Notes: a model not told the origin generated them from the letters alone. A DNA stretch of 64,000 nucleotides from a bacterium (GCA_031441465.1 JANOEP010000016.1:1-64000); one strand, 5' to 3'; shown: positions 20,294 to 30,476, numbered from the stretch's first letter. Numbers and translations: made by a program.

Positions 20294-20776
20294 ATGTCCG
20301 ACCACAAGAAGATAGATTTTCGGACCCTGCAGTACACCGGCCAGGAGGGGCGGCTCATCCCGCTCCTGCAGCAGGCGCAGGCGCAGGACGGCTATATTGC
20401 GCGCGAGAGGCTCGTGGAGATCAGCGAGCAGACGGGGGCGCCGCTCGCGCAGATCTACGGGGTGGCCACCTTCTACGCGCAGTTCCGATTCCAGCCCGTC
20501 GGCAAGCACATCTGCCGGGTCTGCCACGGCACGGCTTGCCACGTCGCGGGCGCCAAGGCGATCAGCGAGGCGCTCGAGTCGCACTTCGGCATCCATGACG
20601 GCGAGACGACGCCGGACCGCGAGTTCACGCTCGAGACCGTCTCGTGCCTGGGCTGTTGCAGCCTCGCGCCGGTCATCATGATCGACGGCGCGACCTACGG
20701 CAACCTGAGCCCCACGGACATCAAGAAGGTCATCAAGCAGCACCGGCAAGCCGGTGAAGAGGTCGTGAAGACATGA
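20294..20776 (+). CDS. NuoE/HydC-like [2Fe-2S] subunit
   Basis: GVATFYAQF, VCHGTACHV, VSCLGCCSLAP. Confidence 0.93.
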   Translation: MSDHKKIDFRTLQYTGQEGRLIPLLQQAQAQDGYIARERLVEISEQTGAPLAQIYGVATFYAQFRFQPVGKHICRVCHGTACHVAGAKAISEALESHFGIHDGETTPDREFTLETVSCLGCCSLAPVIMIDGATYGNLSPTDIKKVIKQHRQAGEEVVKT

Positions 20777-22536
20777 AGCTCCTCGTGGGTCTGGGCACCT
20801 GCGGCATCGCCGCGGGTTCGGAGGCGATCTACCGCTCACTCGCCGCGCGGGCGGGCAACGGCGGTCCGCGGTTCGAACTGGGCAAGACCGGCTGTCTCGG
20901 CATGTGTTACATCGAACCGCTGGTCGAGGTCCTGGACGATCGGGGCGCGGTCTGGCAATACGGCCGCGTCACCGAGGACAAGCTCGACCGCATCCTCGAG
21001 GAGCACGTCGCGGGCGGCCGGCCGGTGGCCGAGTGGCTGGTCTGGAGCGACGACGGCCAGGGCAGCGAGGGCGCGTACCTCTCGCGGCAGAACCGGATCG
21101 TGCTGCGCAACTGCGGGCGCATCGACCCGGAGGTCCTGGCGGACTACCTCGCGGTCGGCGGTTACGAAGCGCTGCGCAAGGTCCTGCAGGACAAGGATCC
21201 CGACGGGTTGATCAACGTGGTCGTGGAGTCGGGGCTGCGCGGCCGCGGCGGCGCGGGCTTCCTGACCGGCATGAAGTGGCGCTTCACGCGCCTGGCGGCC
21301 GGCGAGCGGAAGTACATCATCTGCAACGCCGACGAGGGCGACCCGGGCGCGTTCATGGACCGTTCGGTTCTGGAGAGCGACCCCCACTCCGTGCTCGAGG
21401 GCATGGCCGTCGCGGGTTACGCGATCGGCGCCGACCACGGCTACATCTACGCCCGCGCGGAATACCCCAAGGCCATCGAACGCCTGAACATCGCGATCGC
21501 GCAGGCCGAGGCGCAGGGCTTCCTCGGCGACCGCATCCTGGGATCCGACTTCAACTTTCACATCCGGTTGAAGGAGGGCGCGGGGGCGTTCGTGTGCGGC
21601 GAGGAGACCGCCCTGATCGGCTCGATCGAGGGCCACCGCGGCATGCCGCGCGTGCGCCCGCCGTTCCCCGCGACCAAGGGCCTGTGGGGCTGCCCGACGA
21701 GCATCAACAACGTCGAGACGTTCGCGAACGTGCCGTGGATCATCACCCACGGCGCGGCGGCCTTCAACTGCCTGGGCACCGCCAACAGCAAGGGCACCAA
21801 GGTCTTCGCCATGGCCGGCAAGGTGCGCCGCGGCGGTCTGGTCGAGGTGCCGATGGGCATCTCGATTCGCGAGATCGTGTTTGAGATCTGCGGCGGCATC
21901 GCGGGCGACCGGAAGTTCAAGGCCGTGCAGATGGGCGGGCCGTCCGGCGGCTGCATCCCGGCCGAGCTGCACGATACGGTCATCGACTACGAGTCGATCA
22001 ACAAGACGGGCGCCATCATGGGATCGGGGGGCCTCGTCGTGATGGACGAGACCACCTGCATGGTGGACATCGCCCGGTTCTTCCTGGACTTCACGCAGCG
22101 CGAGTCCTGCGGCAAGTGCACGTTCTGCCGCGTCGGCACCAAGCGGATGCTGGAGATCCTGACCCGCATCTGCGAGGGCGAGGGCCGCGACGGCGACATC
22201 GAGCTGCTCGAGCAGCTCGCCCACCTGGTCAAGAACAACTCCCTGTGCGGTCTCGGACAGACGGCGCCGAACCCGGTGCTGACGACCCTGAAGTACTTCC
22301 GCTCGGAGTACGAGGCCCACATCACGAACAAGAAGTGCCCGGCGCACCACTGCCAGAAGCTGTTGACCTACACGATCACGGAGGCCTGCACCGGCTGCCT
22401 GGCGTGCGGGCGCGTGTGTCCGACGGGTGCGATCACCGGCGAGAAGAAGCAGTTGCACCACCTCGACCAGTCGAAGTGCATCCAGTGCGACGAGTGCCAC
22501 AAGACCTGCCGATTCCACGCCATCGTGCGTTTATAG
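20773..22536 (+). CDS. NuoF/HydB-like FMN/NAD(H) subunit with C-terminal ferredoxin
   Basis: SGLRGRGGAGF, CNADEGDPGAFMDR, GEETAL, ESCGKCTFCR, C-terminal 2x[4Fe-4S]. Confidence 0.95.
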   Translation: MKLLVGLGTCGIAAGSEAIYRSLAARAGNGGPRFELGKTGCLGMCYIEPLVEVLDDRGAVWQYGRVTEDKLDRILEEHVAGGRPVAEWLVWSDDGQGSEGAYLSRQNRIVLRNCGRIDPEVLADYLAVGGYEALRKVLQDKDPDGLINVVVESGLRGRGGAGFLTGMKWRFTRLAAGERKYIICNADEGDPGAFMDRSVLESDPHSVLEGMAVAGYAIGADHGYIYARAEYPKAIERLNIAIAQAEAQGFLGDRILGSDFNFHIRLKEGAGAFVCGEETALIGSIEGHRGMPRVRPPFPATKGLWGCPTSINNVETFANVPWIITHGAAAFNCLGTANSKGTKVFAMAGKVRRGGLVEVPMGISIREIVFEICGGIAGDRKFKAVQMGGPSGGCIPAELHDTVIDYESINKTGAIMGSGGLVVMDETTCMVDIARFFLDFTQRESCGKCTFCRVGTKRMLEILTRICEGEGRDGDIELLEQLAHLVKNNSLCGLGQTAPNPVLTTLKYFRSEYEAHITNKKCPAHHCQKLLTYTITEACTGCLACGRVCPTGAITGEKKQLHHLDQSKCIQCDECHKTCRFHAIVRL

Positions 22537-22546
22537 CGAGGTTGTC

Positions 22547-25500
22547 ATGGACCTGATCAAGCTCGAAATCGACGGCAAGCGCGTCATCGCCGACAACCGG
22601 CAGACCATCCTCGAGGTGGCGCGCCAGCACGGCACGGACTCCATCCCGACGCTCTGCCACGACGGACAGCTCGAGCCGTTCGCCTCCTGCTTTCTCTGCG
22701 TCGTGAAGGTCAAGGGAGCGCGCACCCTGCTGCCCGCCTGCTCGACCAAGGTCCAGGCGGGGATGGTCGTGGAGACCGACACGCCGGAAGTCCGCCGCTC
22801 GCGCCAGGCCGCGCTCGAGCTGATTCTGTCGAACCACTATGCCGACTGCGTCGGCCCGTGCCAGCTCAGCTGTCCCGCGGGGATCGACATCCAGGGCTAC
22901 ATCGCCCTGGCGGCTCTCGGCAAGTACCACGACGCGATCAAGCTGATCAAGGAGCGCAACCCGTTGCCGGCGGTGTGCGGGCGCGTCTGCACGCGGCCGT
23001 GCGAGGTCACCGGCTGCCGGCGCAACCTGCTGGACGAGGCGGTCGGCATCGACTACATCAAGCGCTACGTCGCCGACCTCGACCTCAGTTCGACCCGGCC
23101 GTGGCGTCCGCACGTCGCGCCGGTCAACGGCAAGCGCGTGGCGATCATCGGCGGCGGGCCGGCGGGGCTCTCCTGCGCCTACTACCTGGCGATCCGCGGC
23201 TACGCGGTCCACGTCTTCGAGAGCCTGCCCGAGGCGGGCGGCATGCTGCGCTACGGCATCCCCGAATACCGGCTGCCGAAGGAGACCCTCGACCTCGAGA
23301 TCAACCAGATCCTCGAGCTGGGTGTCCAGCTGTCGACCAACATGACCCTCGGCCGCGACTTCACCGTCGCGAGCCTGAGGCAGGACGGGTTCGACGCCGT
23401 GTTCCTGGGCATCGGTGCCTGGGACACCTCGAAGATGCGGGTGCAGAACGAGGAAACGCCGGGCGTGCTGCCGGGCATCGAATTCCTGCGCGAGTACGGC
23501 CTGCGCCGCGCCCACCAGCTTCCCGGACGGGTGCTGGTCGTCGGCGGCGGCAACACCGCCATCGATTGCGCGCGCACGTCGCTGCGGCTAGGCGCCGGCG
23601 AAGTGCGCCTGTTGTACCGGCGCACCCGCGCCGAGATGCCGGCCAACGCGGTGGAGATCGAAGAGGCCGAGCACGAGGGCGTCCACCTGGATCTCCTCGT
23701 CGCGCCGACCCGCGTGCTCGTCAAGGACGGACGCGCGGCCGGCCTCGAATGCCTGCGCATGGAACTCGGCGAGCCCGACGCGTCGGGCCGCCGCAGTCCG
23801 AAGCCCGTGCGCGGCTCCGAGTTCGAAATCGCCGCCGACTGGATCATCGCCGCGATCGGACAGAGCACCCAGGCGCAGCAGATCTTCGGCGGCCGCCTGC
23901 CGAACATGCTGCCCTTCGGCGAGACGCTGAACCTGACCCGCTGGCAGACCGTCCAGGTGAACGACAAGACCTTTGAAACCTCCGTCGAGGGCGTCTTTTC
24001 CGGCGGCGACGTCGTCACCGGCGCCGCGACGGCGATCGAGGCCATCGCGGCCGGCCGCAAGGCGGCGCACGCCATCGACGCCTACGTCCGCACGGGCAAG
24101 GCGCAACCCGAGCCCGAGGAATTCGTCAGCCGCAAGGACTCTTTCCGCAAGGTCACCCGGGAGGACCTGCGCGAGGGGCCGCGCCATTCCCGCCGCCCGA
24201 TGCCCCAGCTGCCGATCGAAGACCGCATCCGCAGCTTCGTCGAGGTCGAGACCGGCTACAGCGCCGCCGACCTCAAGGTCGAGTCGGCGCGCTGCCTCGA
24301 GTGCGGCTGCACGGCCCTGTTCGACTGCGACCTGCGGCGATACGCGACCGAGTACCAGGTCGACATCACCCAGTTCCTCGGCGAGGCCAAGCAGTACAAT
24401 GTCGACCGCCGCCACCCGCTGATCGAACTGGACCCCAACAAGTGCATCCTCTGCGGGCGCTGCGTGCGCATCTGCAGCGAGCTGGTGGGCGTGGGGGCCT
24501 ACGGTTTCATCAACCGCGGCTTCAACACGGCCGTCAAGCCGGCGATGGCCGGATCGCTCCTGGATACCGACTGCGTCTCCTGCGGTCTGTGCATCGGCAC
24601 CTGTCCCACCGGTGCGATCTCCGAGGTCGTCCAGCTCGTGAAGCCCGGCCCGTGGCCCACGGACAAGTCGCCGACGGTCTGCACCTACTGCGGCATCGGC
24701 TGCAAGCTCAACTACGACACCTACGGCGACGCGCTGGTGAAGGCGTCGCGCTACGACGACGGGGCCGCGACCAGCGGCAACCACTGCCGCAAGGGCCGTT
24801 TCGGCTACGGCTACGTCCGCTCGGCCGAACGGCTGCTGGACGCGCGGATCCGCGCCGGCCGCGAGCTGCAGGAATCGCCGGTCGACGAGACGATCGCCTT
24901 CACCGCGATGCGCCTCAAGGAACTGCGGCGCAAGTACACCGGCGACGAGGTGGCGGTGTTCATCTCGCCGCGCCTGACCAACGAGGAGATCTACCTCGCG
25001 CAGAAGTTCGCGCGCATCGCGCTGGGTACGCACCAGGTGTCGTCGCTCGCGCATCTCGTCAACCGGGACCTGGCCTGCCCGGACGTCATCTCGACGGCGA
25101 CCTATCGCGAACTCGAGGACGCGCAGGCGATCGTCGTCGCGGCTTCCGATCCTTGCGACGAGCACTTCGTGGCCGATCTGCTGATCAAGAAGGCCATCCG
25201 CAAGGGCGCTCGTCTCATCTACGTCGGTCCGGAGAGCAACCGCACGGCGCGCCATGCCGATGTCTTCCTGCGCTGCGAGGACGGCTCCCAGACCCAGGCC
25301 GTGCTCGCGCTGCTGCGCGCCTACGGGGACAGCGTGCCGCAAGCGCTCGACGGCCGGGACGCCCTCGCGGCGCTCGCGCGCGAGGCGGGAACCGCGGACC
25401 TGGATCCCGACGCGCTGACGGCGGCGGCAGCCATCCTGGCGCGGAGCATCCTGAAGGTCTTCGTGTGCAACCGCGATTACCGCGGCCCCCGTGTGGCCGG

Positions 25501-26317
25501 CGACCTGCGGCTGTACGCGGACGCCGCCGAAGCATTCGGTTGTGACCTGCTCGCCCTGCACGAGAAGGCCAACATGCAGGGGCTGCTGGACCTGGGTGTC
25601 AGTCCGGAGTGGTTCCCGGGTTACGCGCCGACCGACGACGGCTCGGTCGTGGCGGAATTCGAAAAAGAGTGGTGCGTGGCCCTGCGCGGCAACGAAGGCG
25701 CCGGCGCCGATCTTGCCGCCAAGCTGCGCGACAAGAAGATCAAGGTCGCGGTCGTGATCGGTGAGGACCCCGTCGGCGCACCCGGTTTCCCGGTTGAACT
25801 GAGCGAAGGCCTGTGTGCCGCCGACTTCCTGGTCGTGATGGACCTGTTCCTGACGCCGACCGCCCGCCTGGCCAACGTCGTGCTGCCGCTGTCGGCGATG
25901 GCGGAGACGTCGGGCACGCTCACCAACAGCGAGCGGCGGGTGCAGGCGGTGCGCCGCGCCGTGCCGCCGGCGACCGCGCTCGAAACGTGGCAGCTCATTT
26001 GCCAGCTCGGCGCCCAGATGGGCTACCGTTTCAAGCTGAAGTACGCCAATCCGGCGGAGGTGTTTGCCGAGATCCAGCGGGTCGTGCCGGCCTATGGAGC
26101 CGTGACGGTCGACAGCGCCGACGCGGACGGCATCTGGACCCCCCCGATGGGTGGGCTGGCGCGCCGACCCTTCACCGGCGGCGCGGCAGCCAAGATCACG
26201 CCGGTACCCACGCTGGACCTCGACCACCTCGAACTCCAGTTCGGCCAGTGGTTCGCCGAGATGATGGCCGGCGCCCGGGCGCGCCTCGAAGCCGAGAAGG
26301 CGGTCGCGGCGAAATGA
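22547..26317 (+). CDS. Fused [2Fe-2S] + GltD/NfnL-like FAD-NADP(H) + FdhF-like molybdopterin-fold subunit (NfnA/BfuA-like)
   Basis: IPTLC..CFLC..PAC; CPAGID/CGRVC; GGGPAG; GGGNTAID..YRR; CILCGRC; CTYCGIGC..CRKG; GTLTNSERRVQ. Confidence 0.9.
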   Translation: MDLIKLEIDGKRVIADNRQTILEVARQHGTDSIPTLCHDGQLEPFASCFLCVVKVKGARTLLPACSTKVQAGMVVETDTPEVRRSRQAALELILSNHYADCVGPCQLSCPAGIDIQGYIALAALGKYHDAIKLIKERNPLPAVCGRVCTRPCEVTGCRRNLLDEAVGIDYIKRYVADLDLSSTRPWRPHVAPVNGKRVAIIGGGPAGLSCAYYLAIRGYAVHVFESLPEAGGMLRYGIPEYRLPKETLDLEINQILELGVQLSTNMTLGRDFTVASLRQDGFDAVFLGIGAWDTSKMRVQNEETPGVLPGIEFLREYGLRRAHQLPGRVLVVGGGNTAIDCARTSLRLGAGEVRLLYRRTRAEMPANAVEIEEAEHEGVHLDLLVAPTRVLVKDGRAAGLECLRMELGEPDASGRRSPKPVRGSEFEIAADWIIAAIGQSTQAQQIFGGRLPNMLPFGETLNLTRWQTVQVNDKTFETSVEGVFSGGDVVTGAATAIEAIAAGRKAAHAIDAYVRTGKAQPEPEEFVSRKDSFRKVTREDLREGPRHSRRPMPQLPIEDRIRSFVEVETGYSAADLKVESARCLECGCTALFDCDLRRYATEYQVDITQFLGEAKQYNVDRRHPLIELDPNKCILCGRCVRICSELVGVGAYGFINRGFNTAVKPAMAGSLLDTDCVSCGLCIGTCPTGAISEVVQLVKPGPWPTDKSPTVCTYCGIGCKLNYDTYGDALVKASRYDDGAATSGNHCRKGRFGYGYVRSAERLLDARIRAGRELQESPVDETIAFTAMRLKELRRKYTGDEVAVFISPRLTNEEIYLAQKFARIALGTHQVSSLAHLVNRDLACPDVISTATYRELEDAQAIVVAASDPCDEHFVADLLIKKAIRKGARLIYVGPESNRTARHADVFLRCEDGSQTQAVLALLRAYGDSVPQALDGRDALAALAREAGTADLDPDALTAAAAILARSILKVFVCNRDYRGPRVAGDLRLYADAAEAFGCDLLALHEKANMQGLLDLGVSPEWFPGYAPTDDGSVVAEFEKEWCVALRGNEGAGADLAAKLRDKKIKVAVVIGEDPVGAPGFPVELSEGLCAADFLVVMDLFLTPTARLANVVLPLSAMAETSGTLTNSERRVQAVRRAVPPATALETWQLICQLGAQMGYRFKLKYANPAEVFAEIQRVVPAYGAVTVDSADADGIWTPPMGGLARRPFTGGAAAKITPVPTLDLDHLELQFGQWFAEMMAGARARLEAEKAVAAK

Positions 26318-26373
26318 ACCCGGCGGCGATCGGCATCGACGGGCCGGAGCCATCCGTCGTGCAAGGAGTTCCC

Positions 26374-27198
26374 ATGAAGCGCTGGACCCTGGTTCTCTTG
26401 ACCGCACTGCTGTGCGCCCCGGCGGCCATCGCCCAGACCGACAAGGCCGGCTGCAAGGATCACCCGCTTTTCCCGACGCGCATGCCCGGCTACGTCATCC
26501 AGAACTGCAAGGTCGAGGAGTTCGGCGTGTTCGATTTCTCCATGGCGCCCAGGGAGAAGCTCCCCGTCGAAGGCAAGTTCACCTTCATCACGTACGCCAT
26601 CGCCAACAGGGCCGACGAGCCGTCCCCGCTCGCCGTCGTCCGCAACTTCGAGAACGCCATCCTCAAGATCGGCGGCACGATCCTCTCCTCGGATCCGAAG
26701 CGTCGCGTGAACGGGAAGGTCCTGAAGGACGGTCGGGAGGTCTGGGTGCAGGTCGAGAAGGGGAACGGCACCATCTGGCTGCGCATCGTGGAGAAGGCCG
26801 GGATGACCCAGTACGTCGTCGCGGACGCGGCGGCCTTCCGGAACGACCTCGCGACCGTGGGCCGCACGGCGGTGTACGGCATCTTCTTCGATACGAACCA
26901 ATCGGTGGTGAAGCCGGAATCGGCGCCCGCCCTGACGGAGATCGCCAAGCTCCTGGAGCAGGACCCGGGCCTGAGTCTCAAGGTCGTGGGCCACACGGAC
27001 ATGACCGGCGCCATGGACGCCAACCTGGCGCTCTCCCTGGCCCGGGCGGAGGCCGTGGTCCATGCCCTCGTCTCCCAACACGGCATCGCCGCATCCCGCC
27101 TGAAAGGGTACGGCGTGGGGCCGCTGGCGCCCCTGGCCGCGAACGACACGGACGAAGGCCGGGCCAAGAACCGCCGAGTGGAATTGGTGAAGGAATAG
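26374..27198 (+). CDS. OmpA-family peptidoglycan-binding exported protein
   Basis: Signal peptide, KDHPLF..RMPG N-domain, VVGHTD, NRRVELV. Confidence 0.9.
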   Translation: MKRWTLVLLTALLCAPAAIAQTDKAGCKDHPLFPTRMPGYVIQNCKVEEFGVFDFSMAPREKLPVEGKFTFITYAIANRADEPSPLAVVRNFENAILKIGGTILSSDPKRRVNGKVLKDGREVWVQVEKGNGTIWLRIVEKAGMTQYVVADAAAFRNDLATVGRTAVYGIFFDTNQSVVKPESAPALTEIAKLLEQDPGLSLKVVGHTDMTGAMDANLALSLARAEAVVHALVSQHGIAASRLKGYGVGPLAPLAANDTDEGRAKNRRVELVKE

Positions 27199-27571
27199 CC
27201 CGCGCCCCAAGCCATGGACGACTTGACATCCGGTCTGCGTCGCGCCGTGGATCCTGATGAAGACGCACGCCCATAATGCATATAAAATAATAATAGTTCA
27301 TGTGCGCCCATGAATCCGAATCACCGCAACACGCACAATACACCGGAACTGCCATCAAATATCAAAATGCGCTATTGATTTTCAAAGGTTGTTCGGCATA
27401 TGATCGGGATCTAGTGGGGGAGTCTTCTTGGAGTCGGCATCGTGTTGGGACAATCTACGAATCTTGTTCCTTATGCCTTGATCCGATTTCATCACGACTC
27501 TTCCGCGCGATCACCGTGGGAGAACACCTGATCCCACGACGGATTCACAACAGTTGTTCGAGGGGGACAAA

Positions 27572-28663
27572 ATGCGCAAAGTCATCGTGATGCTGTTGAT
27601 CATGGCGATCACCGGCACGGCCATCGCCCAGGACCTGGGCAGCTCGAGGGACATGCCCGCCAAGCGCATGACCAACATCCAGTACACCCCGCCGGCCGAC
27701 GGCAACCGCCAGGGCGGCGACGACGCCTACTCGGCAGTGGCCATCGCCAGCCTGCCCTACACGAACGTCGGCACCACGAACGGCTTCTTCGATGACTACG
27801 ACGTGGCCTGCCCCTACGGCGGCTCGACGTCCCCCGATGTCGTGTACAGCTACATGCCGGCGGCGGACGTGGCGGTCGCGGTCGACCTCTGCGGGTCGGG
27901 CTACGACACGAAGGTCTACATCCTCGACTCGACCCTGACGCCCATCGCCTGCAACGACGACTTCTACTTCGACGCCGGCTGCGGCGTCTACGTTTCGTTC
28001 GTCGAGGCCACCCTGACCGGCGGCGAGACCTACTTCATCGTCGTTGACGGCTACGGCGGCGAGTCCGGCTCGTACGCGATCTCCGTCGACGGCTTCGTGC
28101 CCTGCGTGGTCGCTTGCCCCGCCGACGCGGTGCCCGAGGGCGAGCCCGCGATGTACGACGGCTATGCCGACGAGTACAACAGCGGCTGCAACGGCGTGAT
28201 GAGCAACAACTTCCAGGTCATCGACTGGACCAACGACGAAGACGGCGTCGCCCCCTTCGACGGCTGCGCCTTCCTGTGCGGCAACAGCGGCTGGCACCTC
28301 AGCGCCGACTTCACCGGTGAAGAGCGCGACACCGACTGGTTCGTCGCCACCGCCCTGAACAGCGGCACCATGGAGTTCACGGTCGAGTCCCAGTACCCGT
28401 GCTACCTGTTCCAGCTGACCCCGTCCCCGATGGACTGCGGTCTCGTTGCCGTCGGTCTCCAGACGACGTCCGACTGCGGCGCCCCCGGGACCCTGTCCAT
28501 TCCCGTCGTCGCCGGCGAGGTTGTCTACCTGTGGGTCGGCCCGACCACCTACACCGGCCCCGTCCTCGAGTTCCCCTACTCCATGACGGTCTGCAACAAC
28601 GAGTTCGGCACCGTGTCGAACGAGGACATGGACTGGGGACAGGTCAAGACCCTGTTCAAGTAG
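27572..28663 (+). CDS. Secreted Cys/Asp-rich protein with PPC-like domains and C-terminal WGQVKTLFK motif
   Basis: Signal peptide, SPDVVYSY, YDTKVYI, ACNDD, TYFIVVDGY; followed by a terminator. Confidence 0.85.
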   Translation: MRKVIVMLLIMAITGTAIAQDLGSSRDMPAKRMTNIQYTPPADGNRQGGDDAYSAVAIASLPYTNVGTTNGFFDDYDVACPYGGSTSPDVVYSYMPAADVAVAVDLCGSGYDTKVYILDSTLTPIACNDDFYFDAGCGVYVSFVEATLTGGETYFIVVDGYGGESGSYAISVDGFVPCVVACPADAVPEGEPAMYDGYADEYNSGCNGVMSNNFQVIDWTNDEDGVAPFDGCAFLCGNSGWHLSADFTGEERDTDWFVATALNSGTMEFTVESQYPCYLFQLTPSPMDCGLVAVGLQTTSDCGAPGTLSIPVVAGEVVYLWVGPTTYTGPVLEFPYSMTVCNNEFGTVSNEDMDWGQVKTLFK

Positions 28664-28695
28664 CATGATCCGTTGAAGTCCTGATTGCGGACAGG

Positions 28696-28728
28696 GGGCC
28701 GCCTTCCTTCGGGGAGGCGGCCCTCGTT
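28696..28728 (+). terminator. Rho-independent terminator hairpin; its U-rich tail is interrupted by the intron
   Basis: GGGCCGCCTTCC-TTCG-GGGAGGCGGCCC then TCGTT; spliced junction restores TCGTTTGTT. Confidence 0.8.
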
Positions 28729-29360
28729 GTGCGCCCAGCATGGGCGCGATCCTGGAAGTGCAAGTCTTCCCGTGAGCTGGCCACAGCGAGCGAAGCGAAG
28801 CGCAAGGGCGGAAGGGCGACCGACCGTCCGGAGGAAGCGTGGAACGTAAACCGCGAGCCGAGGGACACGAACCGCATACGAGGCGGAGCCGGCCAGGGCG
28901 AGCAGGCAACGGGCTGCGAAGCCCTCGTGGCCAAGGGCCAGGCGACGTAAATGCGGCGGTTGTGCGGTGAAGGATCGTGTTCTTACCTGGGGAGATCTCG
29001 CCTCGTGCCTGAAAGGGCGACGCCGATCCGACGGCGGAGCGAGAAGTCAGCAGAGGCCATAGTAGTCGGGGCGACCCGACGAAGGGCCGAAGGAGCGGGA
29101 GGAGCAGCCCTGCGGACCTCGGAGTTGCCCCACCTCAGATGTTCACGGCAGTGAAGCTCGCCAAGACTCTCACAAGGGTGAAGCCCGAGTGGTTTTGGCA
29201 GCGAGGCAACCAACCCCGGCGGGCCGTCAGCCAGCGAGACCAGGCGCCGCCCGCGGCAACTCGTGCGACGACCTCAACCACTCCAACCGCCCGGTGCGGA
29301 CCCGCATGCCGGGTGGTGTGGGAGGGGACGCCGGGGTAAACTCGGCGCCCCTATCCCGAT
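28729..29360 (+). ncRNA. Class IIC group II intron, ORF-less (632 nt)
   Basis: 5' GTGCGCCCAGCATGGGCG; TTACCTGGGGAGATCT and GAGAAGTCAGCAGAGGCCATAGTA core; DV 29286-29317 with CGC triad; DVI ending CCTATCCCGAT; no RT ORF. Confidence 0.93.
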
Positions 29361-29657
29361 TGTTCGCTGTTGCGGCCCTGTTACCCGTGAAACGTATTTC
29401 CCCGACGACGCGCACTGGTCTCGCTACGCCGGCCATTACCCCAGAAAATCGCGTCTGTGCAGTGTTTCCCGCCCCGATGGACACGGCCTTCACGAACGAA
29501 GAGGGTTCCATGAAGATGACCGAGGTGCAGTACTGGCTCGGCTTGGACGACGGGCTGGTTTACAAGGCCCTCATCCGGGCGTCCCGGCAGGTGCGCGGCG
29601 TCGAACTGCCGATGGTGGTGGAAATGGCGGTCCCCGCGATGGTACTGGTTACCGACC

Positions 29658-30476
29658 TCATCCCGACCAGTCCACAACCCCCAGATAAGCCGTCAGCAGC
29701 ACCACAGCGCCGAACGCGATGCGGTACCAGGCGAAGGCGGTGAAGTCGTGCCGCGAGACGTAGCGCAGCAGCGCCCGCACGGCGATCAGGGCGCAGACGA
29801 AGGACGTGACGAACCCGACGGCGAGCAGCCCCGCCAGGTCGGTGTTCAGCAGTTCCCTGTGCTTGAGCAGGTCGTAGAGGGCGGCGGCGGTGAGCGTCGG
29901 GATGGCCAGGAAGAACGAGAACTCGGTGGCCGCCTGGCGGGACAGGCCGAAGAACAGGCCGCCGATGATCGTCGAGCCCGAGCGGGACGTGCCCGGGATG
30001 AGCGCGAAGCACTGGGCGAGCCCGACCTTCAGGGCGTCCTTCCAGGTCATCGCGTCCACGTCGACGACGCTGACGGTGTGTCGGCGGCGCTCGGCCCAGA
30101 AGATCATCAGCCCGCCGACCACGAAGGCGGCGGCCACGGGCACGGGCGAGAACAGGTGGGCCTTGATGACGTCCCCGAGCAGCAGGGCCAGCACGCCGGC
30201 CGGCGCGAAGGCGATCACGAGGTTGCCCGCGAATCGCCGCGCCTGCGCGTCCCGGAACAGTCCGCCCGCGACCGAGCCCAGTTTTTGCCGATACTCCCAG
30301 CAAACGGCCATGATGGCGCCGAGTTGGATGAAGATCTCGAACATGCCCCGCTGTTCCTTCTGGAGGAACTGCAGCAGATTGCCCGCGATGATCAGATGAC
30401 CGGTGCTGGAGACCGGCAGGAACTCGGTCAGCCCCTCGACGATCCCCATGATCAGCGCCTTGAACAGCAAGTCCAT
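29658..30476 (-). CDS. uppP: Undecaprenyl-diphosphate phosphatase (BacA)
   Basis: [37 protein letters not shown]. Confidence 0.96.
   Translation of the reverse strand: MDLLFKALIMGIVEGLTEFLPVSSTGHLIIAGNLLQFLQKEQRGMFEIFIQLGAIMAVCWEYRQKLGSVAGGLFRDAQARRFAGNLVIAFAPAGVLALLLGDVIKAHLFSPVPVAAAFVVGGLMIFWAERRRHTVSVVDVDAMTWKDALKVGLAQCFALIPGTSRSGSTIIGGLFFGLSRQAATEFSFFLAIPTLTAAALYDLLKHRELLNTDLAGLLAVGFVTSFVCALIAVRALLRYVSRHDFTAFAWYRIAFGAVVLLTAYLGVVDWSG

Noticed and set aside
20294..22536. Respiratory complex I nuoE/nuoF
   Set aside because: No other nuo genes; the extra Fe-S domains and partner subunit fit soluble HydBC/Bfu-type enzymes
22547..26317. Formate dehydrogenase alpha subunit with Sec
   Set aside because: No in-frame TGA and no catalytic C/U-H motif at the expected position
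23588..26407. Long antisense or alternate-frame ORFs (also 57852-60443, 50221-52446, 40445-42580, 42739-45483)
   Set aside because: Shadow frames of well-supported high-GC genes, with no recognisable domains
27270..27400. AT-rich intergenic patches (also 31590-31650) as riboswitch or sRNA
   Set aside because: No recognisable aptamer or stable fold; most simply promoter regions
29139..29339. 66-aa ORF inside the intron as a maturase
   Set aside because: No RT motifs (no YADD), and it runs through ribozyme domains V-VI
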